Positions 20,940 through 31,197 of a stretch of DNA of 64,000 bases are shown piece by piece; the first letter of the stretch is position 1, and each line of letters opens with the position of its first letter. The notes beneath the pieces were generated by a model. It ran no database searches, had not been told where the DNA came from, and saw nothing but the letters and a program-made list of their open reading frames with translations. Position numbers and translations under genes: made by a program. Source of the DNA: Marinicella sp. (lineage in GTDB: Bacteria > Pseudomonadota > Gammaproteobacteria > Xanthomonadales > Marinicellaceae); contig OZ246001.1 of assembly GCA_965230295.1 (NCBI GenBank), forward strand, positions 416,001-480,000, written 5' to 3'.

Positions 20940-23819
20940 TTATTTAAACACTTGATCTATGGGAACCACCTTAACTTGATCAGCCTCCAGTTTTAAGGGG
21001 TAATCTTTGATGACTTCATCTTCGGCCAACAGGCTTTCAGGTTTTTCCGAATTGTAAGTCATGGCAGATGTGGTCTCATTCACCAAACGGTCTTTCATGT
21101 CAGTTCCATCGCTGGTGATAAAAACAAATTGAATGTCTTCAGTTTGTAAATGCTTTTTAATCACGGCATTGACTTTCTCAACAGTCAAACCATTCAAGCC
21201 GTCTGTCACCAAATCAACAAAATCCTTGGTGCCATAAAAGTTGCTATCCATGTGATAACCCAACACTCGGTCTTGCCCTTTCAACAACAGCCCAGCGTAT
21301 TTACTCAAAAAGGCTTTGGTGGCAGTGAATTGTTCTTCAGTCATGCCATTTTCTATCAATTTTTCCAGCTCATACATGGCCGTTCTGGTGGCAAAGTGGG
21401 CATCGGTGTTGCTGCGCAATGGACGCAACCAAACTTGGAAAATTTGTTCAGATCGACCCAAATTGGCATTGGGTTGGGTTCTGAACATACCACGAGGGAA
21501 GTATTCGATATAAGCATAGTCCCCGTAGTTCATACCTCGTGCTTCACGAATGCGTTGGTACAAGAATGAGTTTGAGTTCCTGTGCTCTCCTAAAAACGAC
21601 CGCACCAACCACAGAGCCACCCAATCAGGATGCGATCGATTGACTTCAATTGGAAACCCGAAAGATACAGCAGTTGGCATGGTTTGTTTTTCAACAATGG
21701 TGACATGCCGTCCATCAAATTCTGGCGCAGCACCGATCTGAACACGCTCAGCACCTTGTGCCTTCAGCTCATTGGTAACCCTTGCCAACATCATTTCTTT
21801 CAATTCATCGGACAAGTTACCCGTGATTCCAATGTTCAATCGATCTTGGGTCAGTTGTTCTTGGTAAAATTGTTTGACGTCATCCAAAGTAAGGCTCTCC
21901 AGGTCATCAACGTGTCCATAATTAAGAGACTCATATGGGTGGCCCGGGTAAAGCTTTTGGTACAACACCTCTTTACCTAATTCTTCGTCATTGTTTTGTT
22001 TGAGGTCTGTTTGAACGGCATTGATTAATTGAGTCTTGAGTCGTTTGAAATCATCTTCACGAAAACCCGGGTTCAATAGACTGTCCAACACCAAATCCAA
22101 CCACTCACTGGCTTTTTCTCGGTGCACTCGACCAGACATTGAAATCATTTCTTTATCCAATTGAGAAGAAAAATACGCCGCCATGGGCAACATGGCTTTT
22201 TGGATTTCTTTGATCGATTTGGTTGCTGAACCACCATCTGTGATCATGGATGCTGTTAAAGCTGCCAACCCTTTCTTTCCTGCTGGGTCTTCAGCAGCTC
22301 CTGTGTTGAATAAAAAGTTCACATCGACGATATCACTTGAATTGGTCATGTCTGTGACTTGATAAGAGGCTTGCTTGGGTTGTTCAGCGACTTCCACCAG
22401 GTCAGTTAGGCTGAATTCGCGGTTGATGTTATCAACGGCTTCAGTTTGAGCCAAGGTAACCATGATACGACCATCATCTACCAGGTATTGGTTGGCAGCG
22501 GCTTTTACATCTGCTGCAGTGACTTGATCTAACTGGGCATATTGCTGATTGATGAACTCGGGATCCCGGTTGTATTGAACCACTGAGGCCAGCATGTCAC
22601 CAATGGCTTCGGAATTGTCTAAAGCATTGGCAAATCCATACCTGGCCGCCGATTTGATGTCATTCAATTTATTCACATCAGCCACTTCAGTTCTGGCTTT
22701 AACCAAGGTATCCAACATGGCCTTTTGCACTTCAGAATAATGAGCCTGATCGGTCATGCGTGCCAAAATATAGATCAGACCCGGGTCTTTTCTGTCAGGC
22801 GAATAAAAGAACAGGGCATCTGCCAATTGACGACTCACCACCAAATCCTGATAAATGTCAGAATTTTGACCAAAATAAACCTGACCCAGCATGTCGATGG
22901 CCGTTTTATCAATCACAGCAGGATCTGCTGATGGCCCCCTGAAAACCAAACCAAACATGGGCAATGTTTCAGACTCCCATTCAATGTGGTGGTATTGTGT
23001 ACCTGTTGCTGGCGGTTCAACGGGTATCTCAACTTGGTAATTGCCTCGTTTCCACGGACCAAAATATTTTTCAACCAAAGCGTGCGTTGCTTCCACATCC
23101 ACATCCCCTACCACAATCACTGCAGCCTTTTCAGGACGGTACCAGCGATCGAAAAACACATGAGAGTATTCCAATTGGTTAGGCATGTCTTCGATGTCTT
23201 CCAGGAACCCCATAGTGGTGTGCCGGTAAGTGTGCTCAGTAAAAGCATTTTTTCTGACTGTCTCAAATAATTGACTGAATGGGCTGGCACTGTTTTTAAG
23301 ATACTCACCTTTAACAGCCAAAGCTTCGGTTCTGAATTGTGCTTCCGAATATTTTAAGTTTTGAAATCGATCAGCTTCGAGCATCAACATACGCTCTAAG
23401 TCTTCATTGATGAATGTCACGTGGTAATTGGTGTAGTCATCAGTGGTGTAAGCATTTTGATCAGCCCCCACCTCTTTTAATAAAGCACCATATTCCTCCT
23501 GACTGTAATTTTCAGTACCGCGAAACATCATGTGCTCAAAAAAATGTGCGAAACCAGATTTACCGGGTTCAACTTCATTCCTCGAACCTGTTTGAACCGG
23601 AATCTGTAATGAAACCACACCCGGGTAGTCAGTTTTGACCACAATGACTTTCAAGCCATTGGCCAATTCTCGCATGTCATAGGGTTGGGTAAACACCCGT
23701 ACATCTGTCGTTTGCTTCTTGTTTTGTGTATTGGCTTCATTGACTTCTTTGAGGTGCTTGGTAGGCGCACATGCCGTAACCAAGGCAAAAGTGAACAAAG
23801 TGATCAGTGTTCTTTTCAT
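20940..23819 (-). CDS. M16 (pitrilysin-family) zinc metalloprotease lipoprotein, single chain
   Basis: Lipobox VTAC; inverted zinc motif HFFEH and NAYTT in the N-terminal half; REARGMNYG in the inactive C-terminal half. Confidence 0.93.
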   Translation of the reverse strand: MKRTLITLFTFALVTACAPTKHLKEVNEANTQNKKQTTDVRVFTQPYDMRELANGLKVIVVKTDYPGVVSLQIPVQTGSRNEVEPGKSGFAHFFEHMMFRGTENYSQEEYGALLKEVGADQNAYTTDDYTNYHVTFINEDLERMLMLEADRFQNLKYSEAQFRTEALAVKGEYLKNSASPFSQLFETVRKNAFTEHTYRHTTMGFLEDIEDMPNQLEYSHVFFDRWYRPEKAAVIVVGDVDVEATHALVEKYFGPWKRGNYQVEIPVEPPATGTQYHHIEWESETLPMFGLVFRGPSADPAVIDKTAIDMLGQVYFGQNSDIYQDLVVSRQLADALFFYSPDRKDPGLIYILARMTDQAHYSEVQKAMLDTLVKARTEVADVNKLNDIKSAARYGFANALDNSEAIGDMLASVVQYNRDPEFINQQYAQLDQVTAADVKAAANQYLVDDGRIMVTLAQTEAVDNINREFSLTDLVEVAEQPKQASYQVTDMTNSSDIVDVNFLFNTGAAEDPAGKKGLAALTASMITDGGSATKSIKEIQKAMLPMAAYFSSQLDKEMISMSGRVHREKASEWLDLVLDSLLNPGFREDDFKRLKTQLINAVQTDLKQNNDEELGKEVLYQKLYPGHPYESLNYGHVDDLESLTLDDVKQFYQEQLTQDRLNIGITGNLSDELKEMMLARVTNELKAQGAERVQIGAAPEFDGRHVTIVEKQTMPTAVSFGFPIEVNRSHPDWVALWLVRSFLGEHRNSNSFLYQRIREARGMNYGDYAYIEYFPRGMFRTQPNANLGRSEQIFQVWLRPLRSNTDAHFATRTAMYELEKLIENGMTEEQFTATKAFLSKYAGLLLKGQDRVLGYHMDSNFYGTKDFVDLVTDGLNGLTVEKVNAVIKKHLQTEDIQFVFITSDGTDMKDRLVNETTSAMTYNSEKPESLLAEDEVIKDYPLKLEADQVKVVPIDQVFK

Positions 23820-24100
23820 AAATTCATACCTGCCGTAATCATAATTTAATATTGGCTGCTGTGTTCACAGCCTTGTCCCGTGTCTAGCTGATTTATTCAG
23901 TCTTTGTTATTCAGATTGATCAATAACAGTCAAAATAAATGGGTCGTCTTTACCAATATTCAAGGTCCAAAGCAGTAAACGATTAAAACAGCATTAACCC
24001 AATTGAAACGCATTAAAGCCATTAAAGTTACAGACTGTGATTTGGACTGCACAACTATCGGGTATAATGACGCCTTTGTGTAACTTCTTTACATCTTCCA

Positions 24101-25021
24101 ATGAGTGAAATGAAACTTGCAAAAGTGATTGTCTATGGCTTGGGTGCCATGGGTCGACCGATGGCCAGAAATTTACATGACCAAGGGCTGCTGTTGGGTG
24201 TCAAAAATCGCACAGAAGGTAAAACCACAGCCATTATGAACGAATTGAATTTGCCCGAATTCGAAGACGATGAGGACATGTTTGGTCAAGCCGATTGTGT
24301 GCTCACCTGTGTTTCCGCCGATGATGACTTAAAAACGGTGGTTCATGATTTCATCGGTTGGTTACAACCTGGCTCTGTGGTTATTGATTGTTCTACAGTC
24401 AGTCCAAACACAGCCAGGACCCTGGCTGATGACTTGGCATCAAAAGGTGTTAGCTTCATTGATGCGCCCGTTTCAGGTGGTGTTGAAGGTGCCAAGAAAG
24501 GCTCCTTATCAATCATGGTTGGTGCCGAACGGGAACAATACAAAAGGGCTTCCAATGTATTTGCTGCCATTGGCAGTCAAATCACCCACATGGGTCGAGT
24601 TGGACAAGGTCAAGCCACCAAGGCCGTCAATCAGGTGATGGTTGCCGGGGTGGCACAGGCCGTCTGTTCAGCCTTGGCCATGGCCGAGCAATGCAACTTA
24701 GATTTGAAAAAAACCATTGAGGTACTCAGCGCTGGTGCGGCGGGGAATTGGTTTTTAGATAACCGTGGTAACACCATGGTGAACAATGAATTCAATGTCG
24801 GATTTAAACTGAACTTGCTCCACAAAGATTTAAAAATTTGCCAATCCACTTTGGCTGAATTGGGTGCCAGTATGCCTTTGGTTGAAAGCAGTATTGAAGA
24901 ATATGCGGCCTTGATGGCCATGGATTATGGTGAGGAAGACATTTCTGCCTTAATCAGGTTAAAAAGAACTTTGTTTTTAAACAACAAAAGCCCATCCAAA
25001 GGAGGCAAATCAGATGAATGA
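24101..25021 (+). CDS. NAD(P)-dependent oxidoreductase, 3-hydroxyisobutyrate dehydrogenase family
   Basis: Motifs GLGAMGRPMA, IDCSTVSP, FIDAPVSGG, KAVNQ and KDL. Confidence 0.92.
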   Translation: MSEMKLAKVIVYGLGAMGRPMARNLHDQGLLLGVKNRTEGKTTAIMNELNLPEFEDDEDMFGQADCVLTCVSADDDLKTVVHDFIGWLQPGSVVIDCSTVSPNTARTLADDLASKGVSFIDAPVSGGVEGAKKGSLSIMVGAEREQYKRASNVFAAIGSQITHMGRVGQGQATKAVNQVMVAGVAQAVCSALAMAEQCNLDLKKTIEVLSAGAAGNWFLDNRGNTMVNNEFNVGFKLNLLHKDLKICQSTLAELGASMPLVESSIEEYAALMAMDYGEEDISALIRLKRTLFLNNKSPSKGGKSDE

Positions 25022-25760
25022 CAAGACCACTCATTTCGGCTTTAAGGAAGTCGCCACCGATGAAAAAGAGAAAATGGTCGGCAAAGTTTTCACTTCAGTG
25101 GCTGCCAAATATGACTTGATGAATGACATGATGTCTGGGGGTGTACACAGGTTGTGGAAACGCCACTTTGTCGCAACCAGTGGTATACACGAGGGTGATT
25201 TGGTATTGGATTTAGCCGGAGGAACAGGTGACATTGCCAAACTGCTGATGCCACAAATTGGACACAAGGGTAAGGTCATCATCGGAGACATCAATCAGGC
25301 CATGTTAGATGTCGGTCAAGATCGCATGATAGATGCAGGATTTTTTGGGCGTTTTGAATGCCAGCAAATGAATGCCGAAAAGCTGCCTTTTGAAGACAAC
25401 TCAATTGATGCCATCACCATGGCTTTTGGTCTGAGAAATGTCACCAACAAGCAACAAGCGCTGAATGAAATGCACCGAGTTCTCAAACCAAGTGGCAAAG
25501 CACTGGTTTTGGAATTTTCCAAGGTAAACAACAGCCTGTTAAAACAACTGTACAACTTCTATTCATTCAAAATCCTGCCGGAAATCGGACATTTTGTGGC
25601 CAATGACAGAGACTCTTACCAGTATCTGGTTGAGTCCATAGAAAAACACCCTGATCAAGACACTTTACAAAGCATGTTTGAACAAGCCGGTTTAGAAATG
25701 TGTGGTTATGAAAATCTGTCAGGAGGTATTGTTGCCATCCACAAAGGATACAAATTATGA
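25014..25760 (+). CDS. ubiE: Ubiquinone/menaquinone biosynthesis C-methyltransferase
   Basis: Motifs THFGFK, YDLMNDMMSGGVHRLWK, LDLAGGTGD, FGLRNVT and YQYLVESI. Confidence 0.97.
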   Translation: MNDKTTHFGFKEVATDEKEKMVGKVFTSVAAKYDLMNDMMSGGVHRLWKRHFVATSGIHEGDLVLDLAGGTGDIAKLLMPQIGHKGKVIIGDINQAMLDVGQDRMIDAGFFGRFECQQMNAEKLPFEDNSIDAITMAFGLRNVTNKQQALNEMHRVLKPSGKALVLEFSKVNNSLLKQLYNFYSFKILPEIGHFVANDRDSYQYLVESIEKHPDQDTLQSMFEQAGLEMCGYENLSGGIVAIHKGYKL

Positions 25761-26353
25761 CTGCTGCTGTTTCTCCACTTTCAAGGATCATGACATCTGC
25801 CATTCAGAAGATGATTAAATATGACCCTCAAGCCATACAAAAACTCAAACCATTGGCCGGGAAAAAAGTTAAGGTCAACATCCAACCCATCGACCAAGCA
25901 TTGATTTTAGTGATTCATGAAGACACCATTTCAATCAGTACCGACGCTGAGATGGATGTCGACACCACCATCAGTGGTAAACCCTCTGCCCTGTTTGCCA
26001 TGAGCACCAATCAACACATCCCCGGCTTAGATGGGGTCACCATCAATGGCGATGCCACAACAGGGCAATTCATCGCTGATTTTTTGAAACAGCTCAGCCC
26101 CGATTGGGAAGACGCCTGGTGCGATTTATTAGGTGAAGGGCCAGGATATCAAGTCTCAGAATTCCTAAAAACCATTAAAAATGCAGGACAAAGCCTGTTT
26201 TCATCCTTGCAACAAAGCGGGAAGGAATATTTGTTAGAAGAAAATCGTGAACTGGTATCACCACATGAAATGGAAGCTTTCTTAGACGAAGTCGATGACC
26301 TGCGTTCTGATGTGACCCGCATTGAGCGCAAGATTCAACAATTACACAGCTGA
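25757..26353 (+). CDS. ubiJ: Ubiquinone biosynthesis accessory factor (SCP2 domain)
   Basis: Lies between ubiE and ubiB; motifs PDWED, EYLLEE and FLDEVDDLRSDV. Confidence 0.85.
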   Translation: MTAAVSPLSRIMTSAIQKMIKYDPQAIQKLKPLAGKKVKVNIQPIDQALILVIHEDTISISTDAEMDVDTTISGKPSALFAMSTNQHIPGLDGVTINGDATTGQFIADFLKQLSPDWEDAWCDLLGEGPGYQVSEFLKTIKNAGQSLFSSLQQSGKEYLLEENRELVSPHEMEAFLDEVDDLRSDVTRIERKIQQLHS

Positions 26354-26369
26354 TTCCCAACTTGAAACC

Positions 26370-28004
26370 ATGAAAACATTCCGGTTAATAAAAATAGCAC
26401 ATACCCTGGCTGCTTATCGTTTGACCAATTTGGTTGGTGGTAAAGGCATCAATTTTTTCAGCATGATCAACGTCCTTTCTCCTTGGGGTCGTCGTGGCTT
26501 GAAAAACATGACTGATGGTCAACGTGTTCGTGGTGCTCTGGAATCATTGGGTCCCATTTTTATTAAGCTGGGACAGACTTTATCCACCAGGCCTGATTTA
26601 ATCCCGGTTGAAATTGCCCAGGCCTTGGAAAAACTCCAAGACGATGTGGAACCCATCAGTTGGGAAGAAGCCAAAGGGGTGGTTAAGAACCAATTGCCAG
26701 AAAAATTATTGGCAGAATTCGCCCATGTTGACGAACAAGCACTGGCATCCGCATCGATAGCCCAGGTCCATGCCGCCACCTTAAAAAATGGTGATGAGGT
26801 GGTGATCAAAGTGTTGCGCCCTGGTATTGGTAAAAAAATCAAAAGGGACGTTCAACTGATGCATGCCTTGGCGTCTTTGGCCAAAAAACACCTCAATCCC
26901 GGTGTACAGGTCGATCCGACTGAAATAGTCAGTGAGTTTGAAAAAACCATCTATGATGAGTTGGACTTACAACGCGAAGCCGCCAATGCCTCGGTTCTGA
27001 AGAAAAACTTTAAAAATTCTAAAGACCTTTACATCCCTAAAATTTACTGGGACTTTTGTAAAGAAAAAGTCATGGTACAAGAACGCATCCATGGCATTTC
27101 CATCAAGGATTTTGAAGGACTCAAAGCTGCAGGTATCAACCTGCCTAAACTGGCTGAAAAAGGCATCAAAATCTTTTACACCCAGGTCTTCAGGGATAAC
27201 TTTTTTCATGCGGATATGCACCCTGGCAATATATTCATCAGCAACGAAAATCCAGAGGACCCTAAGATTTTGCTGTTGGACTTTGGAATTTGTGGCTCAT
27301 TGCCCAAAGGTCATCGGGTTGATTTGGCCAATAATTTCATGGCCTTTTTCAAGCAAGACTACCGACGCGTGGCTGAATTACACATCGAAGCAGGTTGGGT
27401 GCCTGCTGACACCAACCTGGAGGACTTGGAAGCCGCCACCAGAACCATTTGTGAACCTTATATGGCCAGACCCATTGAAGAAATTTCATTTGGTGAGGTG
27501 ATGCTGAAAACCTTCCAAATGGCCAAACGCTTTAAGCTCATCATTCAACCTGAATTGATCTTGTTACAAAAAACCCTGCTCAATATTGAAGGGCTGGGAC
27601 GCCAACTGTACCCACAACTAGATATCTGGCAATTGTCAGAACCCATATTGCGTGACATCATGCGCGATCATTACGGCCCACAACAATCCATGGAAAAATT
27701 CAAAGAATCCTTACCCAAATGGATCGAACAAGCCGCCGAAGCACCGATGTTGATGCACCAACTGCTCTCACAAAGGGTTAAGCCACTACCCAGACACTTG
27801 AAAATCGCCCAAGAACAACAAAAACAAGCCGCTTTGAATGAAAGCAAAAAGAACCGCTATGCCATTCTGACCATGGGTGGCCTCGTTGCTACTGCCGTGC
27901 TCTATGCCCTGGATGAAACAAGTTCTTGGTTGACCGGCATCCCAAATTCAGCCTTGATAAGCAGTGGTTTAACAACTTTGTTGCTCTGGAAAACATTGAA
28001 ATAA
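26370..28004 (+). CDS. ubiB: Ubiquinone biosynthesis atypical kinase UbiB
   Basis: Motifs LGPIFIKLGQ, ASASIAQVH, FFHADMHPGN and LDFGI; ATG at 26370 preferred. Confidence 0.95.
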   Translation: MKTFRLIKIAHTLAAYRLTNLVGGKGINFFSMINVLSPWGRRGLKNMTDGQRVRGALESLGPIFIKLGQTLSTRPDLIPVEIAQALEKLQDDVEPISWEEAKGVVKNQLPEKLLAEFAHVDEQALASASIAQVHAATLKNGDEVVIKVLRPGIGKKIKRDVQLMHALASLAKKHLNPGVQVDPTEIVSEFEKTIYDELDLQREAANASVLKKNFKNSKDLYIPKIYWDFCKEKVMVQERIHGISIKDFEGLKAAGINLPKLAEKGIKIFYTQVFRDNFFHADMHPGNIFISNENPEDPKILLLDFGICGSLPKGHRVDLANNFMAFFKQDYRRVAELHIEAGWVPADTNLEDLEAATRTICEPYMARPIEEISFGEVMLKTFQMAKRFKLIIQPELILLQKTLLNIEGLGRQLYPQLDIWQLSEPILRDIMRDHYGPQQSMEKFKESLPKWIEQAAEAPMLMHQLLSQRVKPLPRHLKIAQEQQKQAALNESKKNRYAILTMGGLVATAVLYALDETSSWLTGIPNSALISSGLTTLLLWKTLK

Positions 28005-28044
28005 GCCCTCAAGCATGTGGATTAACAACCACAAGCACAATCTC

Positions 28045-28086
28045 TTGACCTTTATCAATGCATCAGGCCATTGCAAGTGATATGCT
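28045..28086 (+). promoter_or_regulatory. FNR/ANR-type class II promoter of the usp gene
   Basis: TTGAC-CTTT-ATCAA (9/10 to TTGAT-N4-ATCAA) at 28045-28058 and an extended -10 TG-A-TATGCT ending at 28086. The box centre falls at about -41.5 from the implied start. Confidence 0.7.
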
Positions 28087-28116
28087 TATATTAAGTCAAT
28101 TGTTTTGGAGTATCAC

Positions 28117-28557
28117 ATGTCTCTATATAACAACACCATTGTCGCCATTGACCCTTGTGTGGATTCAGATGATTTGATTAAAAAAGCCATCGCCATCACC
28201 CATGAACGAAGCAACATCACTTTGGTTCATGTGATGGAAATCATGTGTGCCTTGCCAACAGCACCTTATGCGCCAGTGGTGATTGATACCAGCCAAATAG
28301 AATCTCAAGTCAAAACATCTGCCAACAACCACCTCAAAGGCTTGATCGAAAAACACCAACTAGACGACGATGCATACCGCATCCTGTCAGGCAGCACAGC
28401 AGCAGAAATTAAGAATTATGCTGAAGAACAAGACTGTGACGCCATCGTCATTGGTTCACATGGCCGCCATGGCTTGGGTTTGTTGTTGGGGTCTACATCA
28501 AGCGGTGTTATACATGGTTGTGGCTGTGATGTTTTGGTGGTCCGGTTGAAAGAATAA
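28117..28557 (+). CDS. Universal stress protein (UspA family)
   Basis: Motifs IVAID, LVHV, IVIGSHGRHG, LLGSTS and CDVLVVR; GGAG SD before ATG 28117. Confidence 0.93.
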   Translation: MSLYNNTIVAIDPCVDSDDLIKKAIAITHERSNITLVHVMEIMCALPTAPYAPVVIDTSQIESQVKTSANNHLKGLIEKHQLDDDAYRILSGSTAAEIKNYAEEQDCDAIVIGSHGRHGLGLLLGSTSSGVIHGCGCDVLVVRLKE

Positions 28558-28643
28558 CCAACCTCTATCGCTGGCATGCTTTCCAGTGGGTATTTGATCA
28601 CGGATGCGCTAAAATATATTTTCAATCAGACACAGTTAATGCG

Positions 28644-29414
28644 TTGAAAATTACCAAAGTACTCAGTTATAACATTCACCGTGCCATAGGTATGGACCGC
28701 AAATTTGCACCTGAAAGAATCATCAAAATCCTCAACACTTTAGATGCTGATGTGGTGCTGTTACAAGAAGTGGATGAAGGCGTGCCGCGTTCAAATGAAC
28801 TCAATCTGGCCAAAGAGCTGGCTGAAAGCTGTGGGTATCCACACTACGCACTCAGTCACAATGTGACACTTAAAAAAGGCCAGTATGGCAATGCCACATT
28901 AAGCCGCCTGCCTATTGTCAGACAAAGCAACATTGATCTGACTGTCGAAGACAAGAAACGGCGTGGTTGTCAGCACACCACCATTCAAATCAGTGAATCA
29001 AAGACCGACTTTCAGTACATGGAAGTTTTTAATTTACACTTGGGATTGTCTGCCAAAGAACGTCAGAAACAGGCAGGCATCTTGTTCAAGTCACCTGAAT
29101 TTACCCAAATAAACATCAAGCAACCATGCATCATTGGTGGCGACTTCAACGATTGGCGATCCATGCTCAGGGCTTTGTTTATCATAGGTAAAGATTTTCA
29201 GTGTGCCACGGATCGCACATCTTTCAGAGGCAACGAGGTGGCCCTGAAAACATTCCCTTCTTTTGCGCCCAGAGGTGGATTGGATCGCATTTACTACCGC
29301 GGCAACATGCACTGTACCCATGTCTCCAGCACCAAAATGAAATTGGCCAGGGTGGCCAGCGATCATTTACCAGTGATAGCCAGTTTTGAGTTAAATGGCG
29401 AAGAGTTCAGTTAA
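28644..29414 (+). CDS. Endonuclease/exonuclease/phosphatase family protein
   Basis: Motifs SYNIH, LQEVD, YGNATLS, NLHL, GDFND, LDRIY and SDHLP. Confidence 0.92.
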   Translation: MKITKVLSYNIHRAIGMDRKFAPERIIKILNTLDADVVLLQEVDEGVPRSNELNLAKELAESCGYPHYALSHNVTLKKGQYGNATLSRLPIVRQSNIDLTVEDKKRRGCQHTTIQISESKTDFQYMEVFNLHLGLSAKERQKQAGILFKSPEFTQINIKQPCIIGGDFNDWRSMLRALFIIGKDFQCATDRTSFRGNEVALKTFPSFAPRGGLDRIYYRGNMHCTHVSSTKMKLARVASDHLPVIASFELNGEEFS

Positions 29415-29426
29415 CAGAAAAAAGGA

Positions 29427-30938
29427 TTAATCAAACCCATCCATGTAGATGACATCAGGCTGCCATTCATAGGCCCCTAAATCGGGCAACAGGTACCGCA
29501 TCACACCCCGCTGATCATGATCGGTAGATTGATTGCCATTGGCCTGCGCTATGCCTGGAGAAATGAATGTAGTGGCCATGGTGGGTGTGTGACCACCATT
29601 GTAGGCAGGGTTGCTTAAAACCGGATCAGCCCACAGGGTAACTGGCGTGGCTTGCACTTCGGTTTGACCATTGGGCCTGGTTTGCGGAAATTGCAGGTTA
29701 TCAATACCACCTATTGGATTCAAGACATTCCATGGGTTGAACACATTGCCACCAGTGTTGTTGGCCAATATGCTGTTGTACATGGCAGCTTGGTTACTGG
29801 CTCCAATAGAAATGCCTCCAGCAAAACACACATCACAAGGGGCATGGTTATCAACTATGGTGACATGTCTGAGCACCACCGCTGCCGAACCATCAATTGA
29901 CATCCCGCCACCTAATGTGTTGGTGGCCACATTGCCGAAAACTGTGCTGTTACGCATTTCGCCATTGGCACCTGGCCCAAAAAACAAACCACCGGCGCCG
30001 CGAGCTGAATTCTCAATAAAACTGCTGCGATCAATGATGAATGGGCCACCTTGAATATAAGCCCCGCCAGCGAGACCAAAATCCTGTGGGTTGGTGTTGT
30101 TTTCAAAAAGCACATCGGTAAAGGCAGACAGGCTGTTTTGGTCATACATGACTGAGAAAAAGCCAACGCCAAAAGCATTGGCTGTGTTGTTGATGATTTG
30201 GGTCCGACAAATGTTGATGGTTCTCTCTGCCCCGTCAACCCCAATGGCACCGGCATTGCCTCCATTGCCAGGGTTGCCACTGTTGCCAGTTGCTGCGTTG
30301 CCATCAAACACAGAATCGGTGATGCGAATTTCATCACTACCCAATGAATAGAAAGCACCACCATTGGAGCCAGAATTGTTGACGAAGGTAGAACCACTGA
30401 TCAACACCTGATCCATGCCTATGGCATAAATGGCACCGCCCCCGCCATCTTGCTCGACCTGGATGGCATGGTTGTTTTCAAAATGGACATTGATCACTTC
30501 TAAATTGACTGCTTGCCAAGGTCCACCGGAAGGTTTAAAAATAGCAGCTCCGCTTTCTGTTGCAGAGAAGCCATTAATCAATCTCATGTTTTGTACGGTG
30601 AAGGTGTAGAACAGATTTTGCGGGTTTTCAATCTGAAACAGGCGCAAAACATTGCTGCCATTCAGGGTGACCAGGCCGCCACCATCAATCACCACATCTT
30701 TGGTCACTGTTAAGGTGGCTATCAGGTTGATGTTAACTGGATTATTGCCCACATTGAAGCGAATCACACCGCCTTGATCGAGTGCATTTTGAATACCAGC
30801 CGTGGTCACAGATCCTGGGTTGCCATTGCCCAACACAATGGCCCCAGCCAAAGAACGTTCAGGGGTTGCTGTACAGTCTACCTGAGCCCAGGTATCAAGG
30901 CTTGCCACCAGTGTCAAAACAATCAATAAAATTCTCAT
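29427..30938 (-). CDS. Secreted right-handed beta-helix (Pmp-like GGAI/FxxN repeat) protein with a choice-of-anchor-Q-like domain
   Basis: Signal peptide; repeated FENN..GGGAI and FVNN..GGAF; NGGHTPTMA..DQRG..DLGAYE; ends DVIYMDGFD. Confidence 0.82.
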   Translation of the reverse strand: MRILLIVLTLVASLDTWAQVDCTATPERSLAGAIVLGNGNPGSVTTAGIQNALDQGGVIRFNVGNNPVNINLIATLTVTKDVVIDGGGLVTLNGSNVLRLFQIENPQNLFYTFTVQNMRLINGFSATESGAAIFKPSGGPWQAVNLEVINVHFENNHAIQVEQDGGGGAIYAIGMDQVLISGSTFVNNSGSNGGAFYSLGSDEIRITDSVFDGNAATGNSGNPGNGGNAGAIGVDGAERTINICRTQIINNTANAFGVGFFSVMYDQNSLSAFTDVLFENNTNPQDFGLAGGAYIQGGPFIIDRSSFIENSARGAGGLFFGPGANGEMRNSTVFGNVATNTLGGGMSIDGSAAVVLRHVTIVDNHAPCDVCFAGGISIGASNQAAMYNSILANNTGGNVFNPWNVLNPIGGIDNLQFPQTRPNGQTEVQATPVTLWADPVLSNPAYNGGHTPTMATTFISPGIAQANGNQSTDHDQRGVMRYLLPDLGAYEWQPDVIYMDGFD

Positions 30939-31197
30939 CTGCTTAGTCTAACTGCAATCGGTGAATTAAATCATGAAGAACCTCACAATATAACCTGTCT
31001 GGTAAAGAATCGTGATCTATTCAACATTATTTACTAACAGGTCGAGCCCTGATTCTATATTTTTGTATATGATTTTGTGAGCCCCGTCTCTTTATATAGG
31101 TGCTACCTGTGCTATGTTAAATGAATCATCATAATTAGACTGAGTGTGTTTAGGCAATGGCTTGAGTGTGTTGGTTGACAACTGCGCGAGGCAAATA

